A DNA stretch of 64,000 bases from Octopus sinensis (Eukaryota). Of the stretch, positions 11,314 to 23,248 are shown piece after piece. Below the pieces are notes generated by a model. The model was not told the DNA's origin. It ran no database searches and saw only the letters and a program-made list of their open reading frames with translations. The stretch spans positions 22,196,001 to 22,260,000 of the forward strand of contig NC_043018.1 of NCBI RefSeq assembly GCF_006345805.1. The letters are read 5' to 3'. How positions within the stretch are numbered: the first letter of the stretch is position 1; each line of letters begins with the position of its first letter. The translations under genes were made by a program, and so were the position numbers.

Positions 11314-11995
11314 GGCGCAAGCGTGGCTGCGTGGTTAAGAAGTTGCCTTCGTGGCACCGAAGATTCCAACATCACCATCAAAATACAGGATCAGATACTG
11401 CAACAGCTTGGGTTTCAGAGGACCACAGCTCTTTAACATCCTCCCAAAAATGCCTGAGAGACTTGCTTGGTGTGGATGTGGGTTTCTTTAAATCTAAACT
11501 GGATCTCTTCTTGTCGGGGGTCCCAGATGAACCTACCTCACGACAGGAGACACAGATGCGGGCAGCGGCATCGAACTCCCTTGTTGACCAAGTGCCACGT
11601 ATCAGGTGGATTCACATATTAGTGTAACTCATTCAGCGGTGGTGCCCCAGCATGGCCGCGGCCTTCGGGCTAAAACATTTTTAAGGATTTTTTGTTTTCG
11701 TAACCGCATGGCTTCTGGTTCGGTTTTGCTGTGAGGTACCTTGAGCAAGTGTCATCTACTATAGCCCACGGGCAAACCAACGGCTTTTGAGAGAACTTGA
11801 TAGATGGAAACTGAAAACAAGCCTGCCTGATGTGTGTATGACTGTGTGACCCATCCTAGCGCTTGACCTCCGATGTTGGTTTGTTTACATTTCTACAATT
11901 TAAGAGTTCAGCAAAAATGACAATACAGTAAGTACCAAATTTGGGATCGATGTGTTCTTCTTAAACCTTTCAATACGATGCTCCAGCATGGCTAA
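11314..11995 (+). mobile_element. Old family A SINE interrupted in its tRNA head by a LINE 3' fragment
   Basis: Head aggcgcaagcgtggctgcgtggttaagaag breaks near 11350 and resumes cgtaaccgcatgg at about 11699. Confidence 0.7.
11353..11692 (+). mobile_element. 5'-truncated CR1-like LINE 3' end (ORF2 C-terminus plus 3' UTR)
   Basis: RYCNSLGFRGPQLFNILPK / CLRDLLGVDVGFFKSKLDLFLSGVPDEP...RAAASNSLVDQ with one frameshift, typical of CR1-group ORF2 ends; aaggattt tail. Confidence 0.8.
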
Positions 11996-12004
11996 TTTTA
12001 TATA

Positions 12005-12216
12005 CTTTCTTTACTCTTTTCTTTGTTTCAGTAATTTGACTACGGCCATGGTGGAGCACCGCCTTTAGTCGAGCAAATCGACCCGAGTACTTTTTTTTTT
12101 GTATGCCTAGTACTTATTCTATCTTTTTGCCGAACCGCTACGTTACGGGGACGAAAATACACCAGCATCGATTCTCAAGCGATGTTGGGGAGGCAAACAT
12201 TGACACACAAACATAT

Positions 12217-12251
<35 letters not shown>

Positions 12252-12362
12252 CGACGGGCTTCTTTCAGTTTCCGTCTACCAAATCCACTCACAAGGCTTT
12301 GGTCGGCCCAGAGCCACGTGGTTGGCAAGCAAGCTTCTTACCACACAGCCACCCCTGCACCT
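12005..12362 (-). mobile_element. Family A SINE with internal deletion in head
   Basis: Tail and head motifs in reverse complement. Confidence 0.85.
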
Positions 12363-12734
12363 AAATATTTAATATACGCAATTTACAAAACAGCTACTTA
12401 TAGTTTCATGCATCAGGGGTACAATAATTTGCCCAAAGCATGTAACTACTTGTAAACTACTCGTTTGTAAATAGCTTATATTATGTGATATTTATCGCTT
12501 ACTGGATGGAGTACTTTTTTGTCGATCCTATCATTAACAGAACTCTAAACTATGTGTGTGTGTGTGTGGTGTGTGTGGGGCAAGTTAGGACTATGTCTCT
12601 TATTTCACTCCCCACCCCCACTCTACTATCAATTTCTCTAACAAGCTGAATGTGACTGAAATAGAGTCGCAACATACCAATTCCGCAGACTTACCGCTTC
12701 CGTTGCACTATTGAATGCTCTTCATTCGTTGCAA

Positions 12735-13150
12735 CACACATATACATATATATATATATATATATATACATATATATAAACATAAACATATACATATACA
12801 TACATAAACATAGACATATAAATACATAGACATATACATACATATACATATATATACATACATATATATACATATACATATATATACATATACATATGTA
12901 TACATACATACATATACATATACATATGTATACATACATACATATACATACATATACATACATATACATACATATATATACATATATATACATATATATA
13001 CATACATATATATACATATATATACATATATATACATACATATATATACATATACATATATATACATATATATACATATACATACATATACATACATATA
13101 CATACATAGACATACACATACATACATACACACACATACATATACGTATA
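12735..13150. repeat. (TACA)/(TA) compound microsatellite
   Basis: Direct. Confidence 0.95.
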
Positions 13151-13429
13151 AAGTTATGTGTAAGCATCGCGCCATATCTCCTCCCTTCATGTCCTCTCCC
13201 CTCGCTGACATTTAAATAATGGACTGTTTATATTTTAATCTCTCAAACATGCGAAACATTTAATTAACAGGGCAGAAGACCATTCTTCATTGCCGCCGCC
13301 CCCCCCCCCCGCTCCACCCCCATTTTTTCTGTTTTTCTTACTCAAACTGTGTTTTGCGAACTTAATTCCCATGTCGCTGCAATATCCTAGCTAGGTTTGT
13401 TTGTTTTCTTTTAGCCATATCGTTTATCT

Positions 13430-14062
13430 TCAATTTGTTTTCGGTCATTGCACTGCGTGCACTGCGGCAATGCTGGGGCATCGCCTTTAAAAGTTTCAAC
13501 CGAACGAATCGACCCCCAGTACTTTTTTAAGCCTGGTACTTAGTCTATCGATCTCTTTTGTCGAACCGGGAGCGTAAACAAACCAACGTCATCAAGAGGT
13601 TGTGGGGGACAGACAGACAGACATGCACACAAACAAACAGATAGATATACGCACATACGAGCTGGCAGAAACGTTAAGACGCCGGGCGAAATGCGTAGCC
13701 GTATTTCGTCTGCCGTTACGTTCTGAGTTCAAATTCCGCCGAGGTCGACTTTGCCTTTCATCCTTTCGGGGTCGATAAATTAAGTACCAGTTACGCACTG
13801 GGGTTAATGTAATCGACTTAATCCGTTTGTCTGTCCTTGTTTGTCCTCTCTGTGTTTAGCCCCTTGCGGGTAGTAAAGAAATATATATACGCACACACAT
13901 ACATGCAACTTTTAGTTTTCGTCCACCAAATCCACTTACAAAGCTTTGGCTATCCTCGGGCTATAATAGAAGATACTTGCCCAAAGTGCGGTGCAATGGG
14001 ATTGAACCCAGCCAGGATCATATGGTTGGGAAGCAAGCATTTTACCACACGGCCACGCCTAA
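13430..14062 (-). mobile_element. Family A SINE interrupted by a plus-strand family B SINE (13649-13885)
   Basis: A tail 13430-13625, B copy gagctggcagaaacg...gggtagtaaagaaata, A head 13905-14062. Confidence 0.75.
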
Positions 14063-14321
14063 AAATTCTTTCAGTTGATAATGAAGCTCTTGGTTTGTAC
14101 TTGTTGAGGACAAAGAGAAGCTGCACTCATTTCTTGTCAGATTTGAAAAGTATAGTTCCTCGTATAATGTTTCTCTCTGAGGCGTGAAAGCTGTGGGGTT
14201 GAGAAACCCGCTCTGCCTTCTCGTAGTTTCGGTTTCAAAACAAAGCGCGGCACCTCGACCTTTCACCTCTACGGAGTCGATGAGAACAAGTACCAGTCTT
14301 GTGTCTAAATTAAAAACAATT

Positions 14322-15110
14322 GGCAGCGAGCTGGCAGAATCGTTAGCACGGTGGACGAAATGCATCGCAGGATTTCGACCGTCGTTGCGTTCTGAGTTTA
14401 AATTCCGCCGAGGTCGACTTTGCCTTTCATCCTTTCGGGTTCGATAAATTAAGTACCAGTGAAACACTGGGGTCGATGTAATCGACTTATCTCCTCCTTG
14501 TGGCAAAATTTGAAATCATTGTTATTATGATGATAAAAAGTCGGTGAGCTGACAGAAGCGGAAGCACGCCGGGCGAAATGCGTAGCCGTATTTCGTCTGC
14601 CGTTACGTTCTGAGTTCAAATTCCGATGAGGTCGACTTTGCCTTTCATCCTTTCAGGGACGATAAATTAAGTACCAGTTACGCACTGGGGTTAATGTAAT
14701 CGACTTAATCCGTTTGTATGTCTTTGTTTGTCCTCTCTGTGTTTAGCCCCTTGTGGGTAGTAAAGAAATAGGTAGTTCGTCTGTCTTTATATTCTGAGTT
14801 CATATTCCGCCGAGGTGGACTTTGCCTTTCATCCTTTCGGGGCCGATAAATTAAGTACCAGTTGCGCACTGGGGTCTATATAATCGACTTAATCCGTTTG
14901 TCTGTCCTTGTTTGTCCTCTCAGTGTTTAGCCTCTTGTGGGTAGTAAATAAGTATTTCGTCTGTCTTTATATTCTGAGTTCAAATTCCGCCGAGGTCGAC
15001 TTTGCCTTCGATAAATTGAGTATCAGTTGAACACTGGGGTCGATGTAATCGACTATCACCCTCCCCCAAAGTTCCTAGGCTTGTGCGTATATTAGAAAGA
15101 ATATTCTTTA
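14322..15110 (+). mobile_element. Family B SINE (14322-14505) followed by a head-to-tail family B array (14537-15110)
   Basis: Repeated gtcgactttgcctttcatcc units joined at aaata|ggta; last unit has the short tail. Confidence 0.9.
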
Positions 15111-15674
15111 GTCAATGCGTTTATATTTATTTTGATGTTTGTGTGCATAGATACATACAGACAGACATTGCTATCTAAATAAATTCACAGCTAATTCAAT
15201 CCAACGTTATATATTACGAAAGTTCTGACCGACTCCGTTTTACACACAGACATTTATTTAGCAGCTTAATGATTCCTTTTATGTTCTTTAGCCACTGGTC
15301 AGACCATTACTAGTAAACGTACGATCAAAGGCGTCCCAGCTCAGATCATTATTTACTTTTATTGAAACAGAGCGTGTTTAAGACAGAAGGATGTAATTTT
15401 ATAGAAATTTCGATGATGTTTCCAGAAGGCGAATATTTAACGTTGGCTCAAAACTAATTCGCTTTTATCCGTTGGCAGTTATCAATGAAACACTCAAGTC
15501 CGGATAAGAAAATTCACGAATTGGATGAAATGGAGGCTACATATTTCTTCCGAATTATTTAGCAGAAACGAAAGGAAAATGTCGAGCTATCGCAATCGTA
15601 CGAGTTAATACCTTACTAAGCTAGGATAGATTTTTAAAAAATGTACTTTCTCTCCTTCTCGCGTATATAATACA

Positions 15675-16048
15675 CTAGCAGTATCGCCCGGCGTTGCTCA
15701 GGTTTGTAAGGGAAATAACTATAAAGCATTTTTAGAGAGTTATAGCCAAAAAATTGGAAAAAAATGATGGTAAATTTTTTTTTGAGATTTAAAAAGGTGG
15801 AGTTGCGTCCCCTAGACAGTTTGCGGTTCGTGTTTCTGATTCTCGACCACATGTCGAACTTATCGATTTTTTTCAGAACTGGGGGAACTTTTCAAAATTT
15901 TCGCTGCGTTAGTTTTGAATTATGACATTGGGCTATGTGTGTGTCAAGTTTCATCAGAATCGGTTGAAAGCCGTGGTCAGGGTGAGGGTAAAAGCAAACA
16001 GACACACAGAAACACGCACAGACAAACTGCCGTTTATATAGAGAGAGA
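15675..16048 (-). mobile_element. Non-autonomous Helitron with paralogous empty site
   Basis: TC...CTAG termini between A and T; duplicate copy reads tataatacatatcatac at about 20569-20585 with no insert and no TSD. Confidence 0.92.
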
Positions 16049-16077
16049 TATCATACATCTTCAATATATATTTATAT

Positions 16078-16305
16078 TTCTTTACTACCCACAAGGGGCT
16101 AAACACAGAGGGGACAAACAAGGACAGACAAAGGGATTAAGTCGATTCCATCGACCCCAGTGCGTAACTGGTACTTGATTTATCGACCCCGAAAGGATGA
16201 AAGGCAAAGTCGACCTCGGCGGAATTTGAACTCAGAACGTAACGGCAGACGAAATACGGCTTCGCATTTCGCCCGGCGTGCTACCGTTTCTGCCAACACG
16301 CCGCC
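16078..16305 (-). mobile_element. Family B SINE (duplicated at 20605-20835)
   Basis: Long tail and full head in reverse complement. Confidence 0.9.
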
Positions 16306-16449
16306 TTATATTGTTCTGACCGAGTCCGTTTTACACACAGACATTATATTGTATATAAATACATTTATATCATGCATATCATTCATACATATATATTATA
16401 GGTATATGTAAATGAGATGCGTATATAATATATAAAGATAATTTATATA

Positions 16450-16888
16450 GGCGCAGGAGTGGCTGTGTGGTAAGTAGCTTGCTAACCAACCACATGGTTC
16501 TGGGTTCAGTCCCACTGCGTGGCACCTTGGGCAAGTGTCTTCTGCTATAGCCTGCCCCGGGCCGACCAATGCCTTGTGGTAGACGGAAACTGAAAGAAGC
16601 CTGTCGTATATATGTATATATGTAAGAAGCCTGTCGTATATATGTATATATATATATATATAAGTGTGTGTGTGTGTGTGTATGTGTGTCTATGTTTGTC
16701 CCCCTAGCATTGCTTGACAACCGATGCTGGCGTGTTTACGTCCCCGTCACTTAGCGGTTCGGCAAAAGAGACCGATAGAATAAGTACTGGGCTTACAAAG
16801 AATAAGTCCCGGGGTCGATTTGCTCGACTAAAGGCGGTGCTCCAGCATGGCCGCAGTCAAATGACTGAAACAAGTAAAAGAGTATACT
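16450..16888 (+). mobile_element. Family A SINE (duplicated at 20981-21390)
   Basis: Complete; both copies share an internal agaagcctgtcgtatatatgtatat duplication. Confidence 0.9.
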
Positions 16889-16953
16889 CTTTACACAAAT
16901 ATATATGCACGTAATACATTTACACATGTGTGTGTATATGTGCGTATATATAT

Positions 16954-17720
16954 GTGGCAGACACGTGAACACGTCGGGCGAAATGCGTAGCAGTATTTTG
17001 TCTGCCGTTACGTTCTGAGTTCAAATTCCGCCGAGGTCGACTTTGCCTTTCATCCTTTCGGGGTCGATTAAATAAGTACCAGTGAAACACTGGGGTCGAT
17101 GTAATCGACTTATCTCCTCCTTGTGGCAAAATTTGAAATCATTGTTATTGAGATGATAAAGAAGTCGGTGAGCTGGCAGAAGCGGTAGCACGCCGGGCGA
17201 AATGCGTAGCCGTATTTCGTCTGCCGTTACGTTCTGAGTTCAAATTCCGATGAGGTCGACTTTGCCTTTCATCCTTCAGGGACGATAAATTAAGTACCAG
17301 TTACGCACTGGGGTTAATGTAATCGACTTAATCCGTTTGTATGTTTGTCCTCTCTGTGTTTAGCCCCTTGTGGTGGTAGTAAAGAAATAGGTAGTTCGTC
17401 TGTCTTTATATTCTGAGTTCATATTCGCCGAGGTGGACTTGCCTTTCATCCTTTCGGGGCCGATAAATTAAGTACCAGTTGCGCACTGGGGTCTATATAA
17501 TCGACTTAATCCGTTTGTCTGTCCTTGTTTGTCCTCTCAGTGTTTAGCCTCTTGTGGGTAGTAAATAAGTATTTCGTCTGTCTTTATATTCTGAGTTCAA
17601 ATTCCGCCGAGGTCGACTTTGCCTTCGATAAATTAAGTACCAGTTGAACACTGGGGTCGATGTAATCGACTATCACCCTCCCCCAAAGTTCCTAGGCTTG
17701 TGCGTATATTAGAAAGAATA
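16954..17720 (+). mobile_element. Hybrid family B SINE at the duplication junction plus duplicated array
   Basis: 5' half matches the 21464 copy, 3' half (ccagtgaaacactgggg...cttatctcctccttgtggc) matches the 14322 copy. Confidence 0.85.
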
Positions 17721-18292
17721 TTCTTTAGTCAATGCGTTTATATTTATTTTGATGTTTGTGTGCATAGATACATACAGACAGACATTGCTATCTCTTTACT
17801 CTTTACTCTCTTTTACTCTTTTACTTGTTTCAGTCATTTGACTGCGGCCATGCTGGAGCACCGCCTTTAGTCGATCAAATCGACCCCGGAACTTATTCTT
17901 TGTAAGCCCAGTACTTATTCTATCGGTCCCTTTTGCCGAACCGCTAAGTGGCGGGGACGTAGACACACCAGCATCGGTTGTCATGTGGTTGGTTAGCAAG
18001 CTACTTTATTTCATTTAATTTGCCACAAGGGCAGTACACAGATAGTAGCTACGGGCTGGACATAGACATTAATGAATGATGGTGATGGAATGAAGATGGT
18101 GATGGGAGAAGACGAAAGCGCCCGCCGACCCCCGCTTCTCTAAGACAATGTTCAATGAATACATTTAGTAAAATGTTCAAAATGTTCAGAATGTTCAAAT
18201 TACATTTTTCAGAGGAGGTAATAAACCTCCTCTTCAACAGTTTTAAAAATGTTCAAAATGTTCAAAAAGTGTTTAACAATTCTCCCCCTCCG

Positions 18293-19497
18293 TCAGGTCC
18301 CCGAAGCAAATTGTCTTGCCGCCTGCAGACAACTCTGCGACGACAAGTCGAGGCCTGCAAAGAGAAAAGTAAAATCTTTCCTCTGAAAGGTCTCTGCGAC
18401 CCTTGTCAAAATATCTTCCGTTACTACCTCCGCAGCTACCCGCGGAGGCCATAACGGACTCCTTGAGCCGACCGTGTCCTTGCGTTCTCGGTCACCCAAG
18501 CCATTTAAAAACTTTTCCACCTTCCCTCCCTTGTGGTAAAGGAGGAGAAACAACTCCTCTTCACAGGAAGGGACCTCACACTGATCCGTCAGTAGCACAC
18601 TTCCCACTGACGGAGCCCTTTCCGCGGGTGGCACACATCCCACCCGCGGTTCCGTCGGAGACACAGAAACGTCAGACGTCCGACCTCTCCTTTTTCTCCT
18701 CCTTCTTTTGGGGGAGACTGCTAACCCAGGGGACTCCGTCACCAGACACGGGGGAACGCTATCCCCCTCCGCCCCCTGAGCGTTCTTTGGTGCCAGCCTC
18801 TTTCTTTTCGTGGAGGCAACTTCCACCGTCTCCCCCTCCAATGAGGGGACGGCGGGCACCTTTTCCTTTTCATGTTCCGGGGCGGCACCACGGCCCCCGG
18901 GACACTTCTTAATATGTCCAGGCTCCGAGCACCGGTGACACTTGGGGTCGCGTCCCTCAAGCATCACCGGATACTTGGATCCGGCCATCTTCAAGAAGTC
19001 CGGCAAAACCAGACTCTTAGCCGCTGGGTCCACAGAGTCAAGTAACTTTTCCTCCTTCCCAGTTAGCCGCAGGCTGCATTTTCACATTCAGGATCTTGGC
19101 GCTACCACCACTCATACCCCGGCGGATGGAATCTTCCACCCACTCGGGCTCAAAGCCGGGCGCAGGCCACAGACCCATAAACGTAACAGTTTTTCCCCCC
19201 TGTAACTGGGGAGAAACAGAATTTCATCGCCTCAATGGCTGGCTTGCAAATTTGCAAGCTGCTTCGGCGGAGTCAAATAGCAACCAGACCGGTTGCGTAT
19301 TTGACTCCCCGTTGAATATGTTTAACGGCTGGCATATAATCTGCCAGCTCGTTCACAATGGTGTCTCTCGGAAAAACCATTATGGTGTCGAGTGACTTTG
19401 AAAACGTCCTCAGCACCACGGTTCTTTCCTCGAGTTCGTGCAAATATTTTTTGGGAGGTGTTAACTCCCACACAGTGAAGTTCTTTGCCTTTCCCAT
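18293..19497 (-). pseudogene. Frameshifted gag-like ORF1 with zinc knuckle
   Basis: MGKAKNF...GLVAI / DSAEAACKFASQPLR / PGFEPEWV...GGKVT / DPAAKSLVLPDFLKMAGSKYPVMLEGRDPKCHRCSEPGHIKKCP (CX2CX4HX3C, one residue short of canonical), then a basic low-complexity tail; resembles Tx1/L1 ORF1. Confidence 0.75.
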
Positions 19498-20025
19498 AAC
19501 GTAGAATACAATAGTTCAAAATGGTAAATTAAAATTAGCCACAGAAAGGAGAATGAAAAAAGCAACAGAAGGGAAGAAATAAAATTAAAAATGGCAGTTC
19601 AAAAAAAAGTTTTTACAAATAAATAATAGAAGAGAAAGAGAGTTCAAATCAGGCAAAGGAATTCAGTTTTCTTTTTTTTTTTTTTTACACTTCTTCGGCC
19701 AAAATGGTAATCCAGGCCAAATGCACTTGGTAAATAATCCTTGGTAATCCGTGGACAACACAACGACAATTTCAACAATAATTTTTTCAGACGGACTATG
19801 CCGCTTCAAAAATACAATTTCTTTTCACTCGAGACAGGCAGAAAAATTATATCCGGAGCAAAGTGGAGCCTTATTATTTGCTAAAAAATATTAAATGCTA
19901 AAAAACATTCATGCAAGTAATAAAACTTCACTTCGCTCACAAAAATACAAAATTCCTACCTTTAGTCGAGTCGAAAGTTCAACAATTCACGTTGAAACAA
20001 CGTTCATCTGGAGCAGCAAAAAAAA

Positions 20026-20032
20026 CACGTCC
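20026..20032 (-). promoter_or_regulatory. GGACGTG motif near the element 5' end, possible internal Pol II promoter element
   Basis: Minus strand ctgaagtgttcggacgtg at the 5' terminus; similar motifs act as downstream promoter elements in several LINE clades. Confidence 0.4.
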
Positions 20033-21463
20033 GAACACTTCAGTGGTTAGCGAGCTACTTACCACACAGCCACTCCTGCGTAAATAAATTCACAGCTAAT
20101 TCAATCCAACGTTATATATTACGAAAATTCTGACCGAGTCCGTTTTACACACAGACATTTATTTAGCAGCTTAATGATTCCTTTTATGTTCTTTAGCCAC
20201 TGGTCAGACCATTACTAGTAAACGTACGATCAAAGGCGTCCCAGCTCAGATCATTATTTACTTTTATTGAAACAGAGCGTGTTTAAGACAGAAGGATGTA
20301 ATTTTATAGAAATTTCGATGATGTTTCCAGAAGGCGAATATTTAACGTTGGCTCAAAACTAATTCGCTTTTATCCGTTGGCAGTAATCAATGAAACACTC
20401 AAGTCCGGATAAGAAAATTCACGAATTGGATGAAATGGAGGCTACATATTTCTTCCGAATTATTTAGCAGAAACGAAAGGAAAATGTCGAGCTATCGCAG
20501 TCGTACGAGGTTAATACCTTACTAAGCTAGGAGAGATTTAAAAAATGTACTTTCACTCCTTCCCGCGTATATAATACATATCATACGTCTTCAATATATA
20601 TTTATATTTCTTTACTACCCACAAGGGGCTAAACACAGAGAGGACAAACAAGGACAGACAACGGGATTAAGTCGATTCCATCGACCCCAGTGCGTAACTG
20701 GTACTTGATTTATCGACCCCGAAAGGATGAAAGGCAAAGTCGACCTCGGCGGAATTTGAACTCAGAACGTAACGGCAGACGAAATACGGCTTCGCATTTC
20801 GCCCGGCGTGCTACCGCTTCTGCCAGCTCGCCGCCTTATATTGTTCTGACCGAGTCCGTTTTAACACACAGACATTATATTGTATATAAATACATTTTAT
20901 ATAATACATATCATTCATACATATATATTATAGGTATATGTAAATGAGATGCGTATATAATATATAAAGATAATTTATATAGGCGCAGGAGTGGCTGTGT
21001 GGTAAGTAGCTTGCTAACCAACCACATGGTTCTGGGTTCAGTCCCACTGCGTGGCACCTTGGGCAAGTGTCTTCTGCTACCACAATGCCTTGTGGTAGAC
21101 GGAAACTGAAAGAAGCCTGTCGTATATATGTATATATGTAAGAAGCCTGTCGTATATATGTATATATATATATATATATATAAGTGTGTGTATGTGTGTC
21201 TATGTTTGTCCCCCTAGCATTGCTTGACAACCGATGCTGGCGTGTTTACGTCCCCGTCACTTAGCGGTTCGGCAAAAGAGACCGATAGAATAAGTACTGG
21301 GCTTACAAAGAATAAGTCCCGGGGTCGATTTGCTCGACTAAAGGCGGTGCTCCAGCATGGCCGCAGTCAAATGACTGAAACAAGTAAAAGAGTATACTCT
21401 TTACACAAATATATATGCACGTAATACATTTACACATGTGTGTGTATATGTGCGTATATATAT

Positions 21464-21689
21464 GTGGCAGACACGTGAGCACGTCGGGCGAAATGCGTAG
21501 CAGTATTTTGTCTGCCGTTACGTTCTGAGTTCAAATTCCGCCGAGGTCGACTTTGCCTTTCATCCTTTCGGGGTCGATTAAATAAGTAGCAGTTACGCAC
21601 TGGGGTCGATACAATCGACTTAATCCGTTTGTCTGCCCTTGTTTGTCCCCTTTGTGTTTAGCCCCTTGTGGGTAGTAAAAAGAAATATC
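21464..21689 (+). mobile_element. Family B SINE, long tail (one parent of the junction hybrid)
   Basis: gtggcagacacgtgagcacgtcgggcg head to gggtagtaaaaagaaata. Confidence 0.85.
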
Positions 21690-21705
21690 TATGTGTGTAT
21701 GTACA

Positions 21706-21750
<45 letters not shown>

Positions 21751-22228
21751 TATATATATAATATAAATGCATGTGTGTAAGAGAGAGAGGGGGAGACATA
21801 GGTAAAGAAATGAGTAGGTGGAGAGAGAGAGAGAAAGAGAGAGAGTAAATGGGAGAGAAGGAAAGAACGGAATAGGGAGAGAAAGAAGAGAGAAGCTGAC
21901 TTATAGATGGGCTAATGTAAGCTAGACAGGATGTGTCCTTTTCTGAGCGAATGTTCACGATGACATTTATTATGTAGAAGCAGAGAAATTTACTTTCAAA
22001 TCTGTTGAATTATCTATTTTTGTGGTGCACTGTCTGTGGAAAGGTTATAATGAATCGATAAGTCTGCATCTTTCATCTACAACTGTTATTTTGTTTGTAT
22101 ACATCATATGAATCTCAAACTATGTGCACTCCTGTGTTTACACCAATTTGAATAATTCTGCCTTGATCTCTTCCACTTTGAGATTAAATGCTCGTTTTGT
22201 CCGATTTCTTAGTTAATTTCATTCATTT

Positions 22229-22616
22229 GAGTGGCTGTTTTTACGTGCGGCGGGTCGCCGTTGGTCAAGGCTCACTATTCATCACTCTGTGTATGTACAG
22301 ACTTGGCTAGGTTTGTTCTTAGGAAGGCCGGCAAGTTGCTCAAACACACACGTCTCTCCTCACACGAGTGGCCGTTTTCACATATGTCGGGTCAAAGCTA
22401 ATTGATCATCACCCTGTATTTGTACGGATCAGGTTAAGATTGTTTGGAGGGAGGCTGGCAGTTGTCCAAACACACAAGTCTCCCCTCACTCGAGTGGCTG
22501 CTTTCAAACATGTCGGGTCGCCGTCGGTCAAAGTTCATCACCCTGTGTTTGTACGGATCAGGTTAAGATTGTTTGGAGGGAGGCTGGCAGTTGTCCAAAC
22601 ATACGAGTCTCCCTCC
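22229..22616. repeat. Three-copy 126-137-bp tandem repeat of non-SINE sequence
   Basis: gagtggc at 22229, 22366, 22492; shared catcaccctgt.tttgtacggatcaggttaagattgtttggagggaggctggcagttgtccaaaca. Confidence 0.85.
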
Positions 22617-22762
22617 ATTCATGTCATCAATCTTTATCTTGTAGAAAAGCCGGGGACTTGGGCTGAGAGATCTTGGTAACAGTGTCATCAGCGGTTTAAC
22701 TGTCAGAAACCTAAAACCTAGAATACTGCCGCCCTCCGGCCATGCACACTCAGTCGACTTAC

Positions 22763-22863
22763 TGCGTTTCGTCGGAGAACGGATATTTGAATTCCTTGGA
22801 CCATTCCTCATACATTCTAAAGAAACGTTCTTGGAATTTTTTCAAATTTTCATAACAAGCAAA
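22763..22863 (-). CDS. Candidate internal coding exon (FACYENLKKFQERFFRMYEEWSKEFKYPFSDET), product unknown
   Basis: Acceptor tttcttcaacttag, donor gtaagt, 101 nt, only one frame open and it stops just past the donor. Confidence 0.45.
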
Positions 22864-23214
22864 CTAAGTTGAAGAAATTACCTTAATTTTTTCAGTATTT
22901 TGCAATTATCTCAGCTTGTTTTTTTATTTTTTATTTGCTATGATTTGTCAGAGGGAGGCAGAATAAGCACCACAAGGTATCTCGCCTGACCTCTTGTAGA
23001 CCCAATCCTTCACTCTGGGCTGGCCCATTTTTTATCGACCCTGCAATAAGGGCAAGCAAAGTTGTCCACGACGGGATTTGAACTCAGAAAGCTTAGACTT
23101 AGTTAACAGTGAATATTCATACTTTTGTTATAACTATGTGAATTCAGGTTCAGTATGTATGTATAGACGGAAAGACGGAGGGGGAAAATCGCCAACGGTA
23201 CACACGAGGTCACA

Positions 23215-23248
<34 letters not shown>

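Larger units (their letters stand above)
18007..20043 (-). mobile_element. ORF1-only non-LTR retroelement (L1/Tx1-like, half-LINE architecture) with 17-bp TSD
   Basis: TSD tggttagc(a/g)agctactt at 17990-18006 and 20044-20060; about 550-nt 5' UTR, ORF1, about 290-nt 3' UTR ending aaatgaaataa; no endonuclease or RT sequence. Confidence 0.8.
17793..20080 (-). mobile_element. Family A SINE, internally deleted and split by a 2-kb insertion
   Basis: Tail 17793-18006, head remnant 20044-20080; absent at the paralogous site near 15178. Confidence 0.85.
14450..21590 (+). repeat. Tandem segmental duplication X-Y-X'-[insert]-Y'
   Basis: 14450-15178 matches 17073-17793; 15175-17072 matches 20081-21590 apart from the Helitron and small indels. 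Confidence 0.9.

Noticed and set aside
12490-12545. 42-nt exon-like segment with gtaagc donor
   Set aside because: A similar sequence occurs at about 54625-54660, so it is a repeat fragment.
14267-14304. 38-nt minus-strand exon candidate that phase-links 22763-22863 to 2098-2148
   Set aside because: The sequence is a decayed family B SINE body (tcgatgagaacaagtaccag), so the fit is probably chance.
16160-16411. Recurring ORFs such as MRNWYLIYRPRKDERQSRPRRNLNSE and RASFSFRLPNPLTRLWSARGYSRRHLPKVPRSG
   Set aside because: Antisense translations of SINE families B and A; recurrence reflects copy number, not coding.
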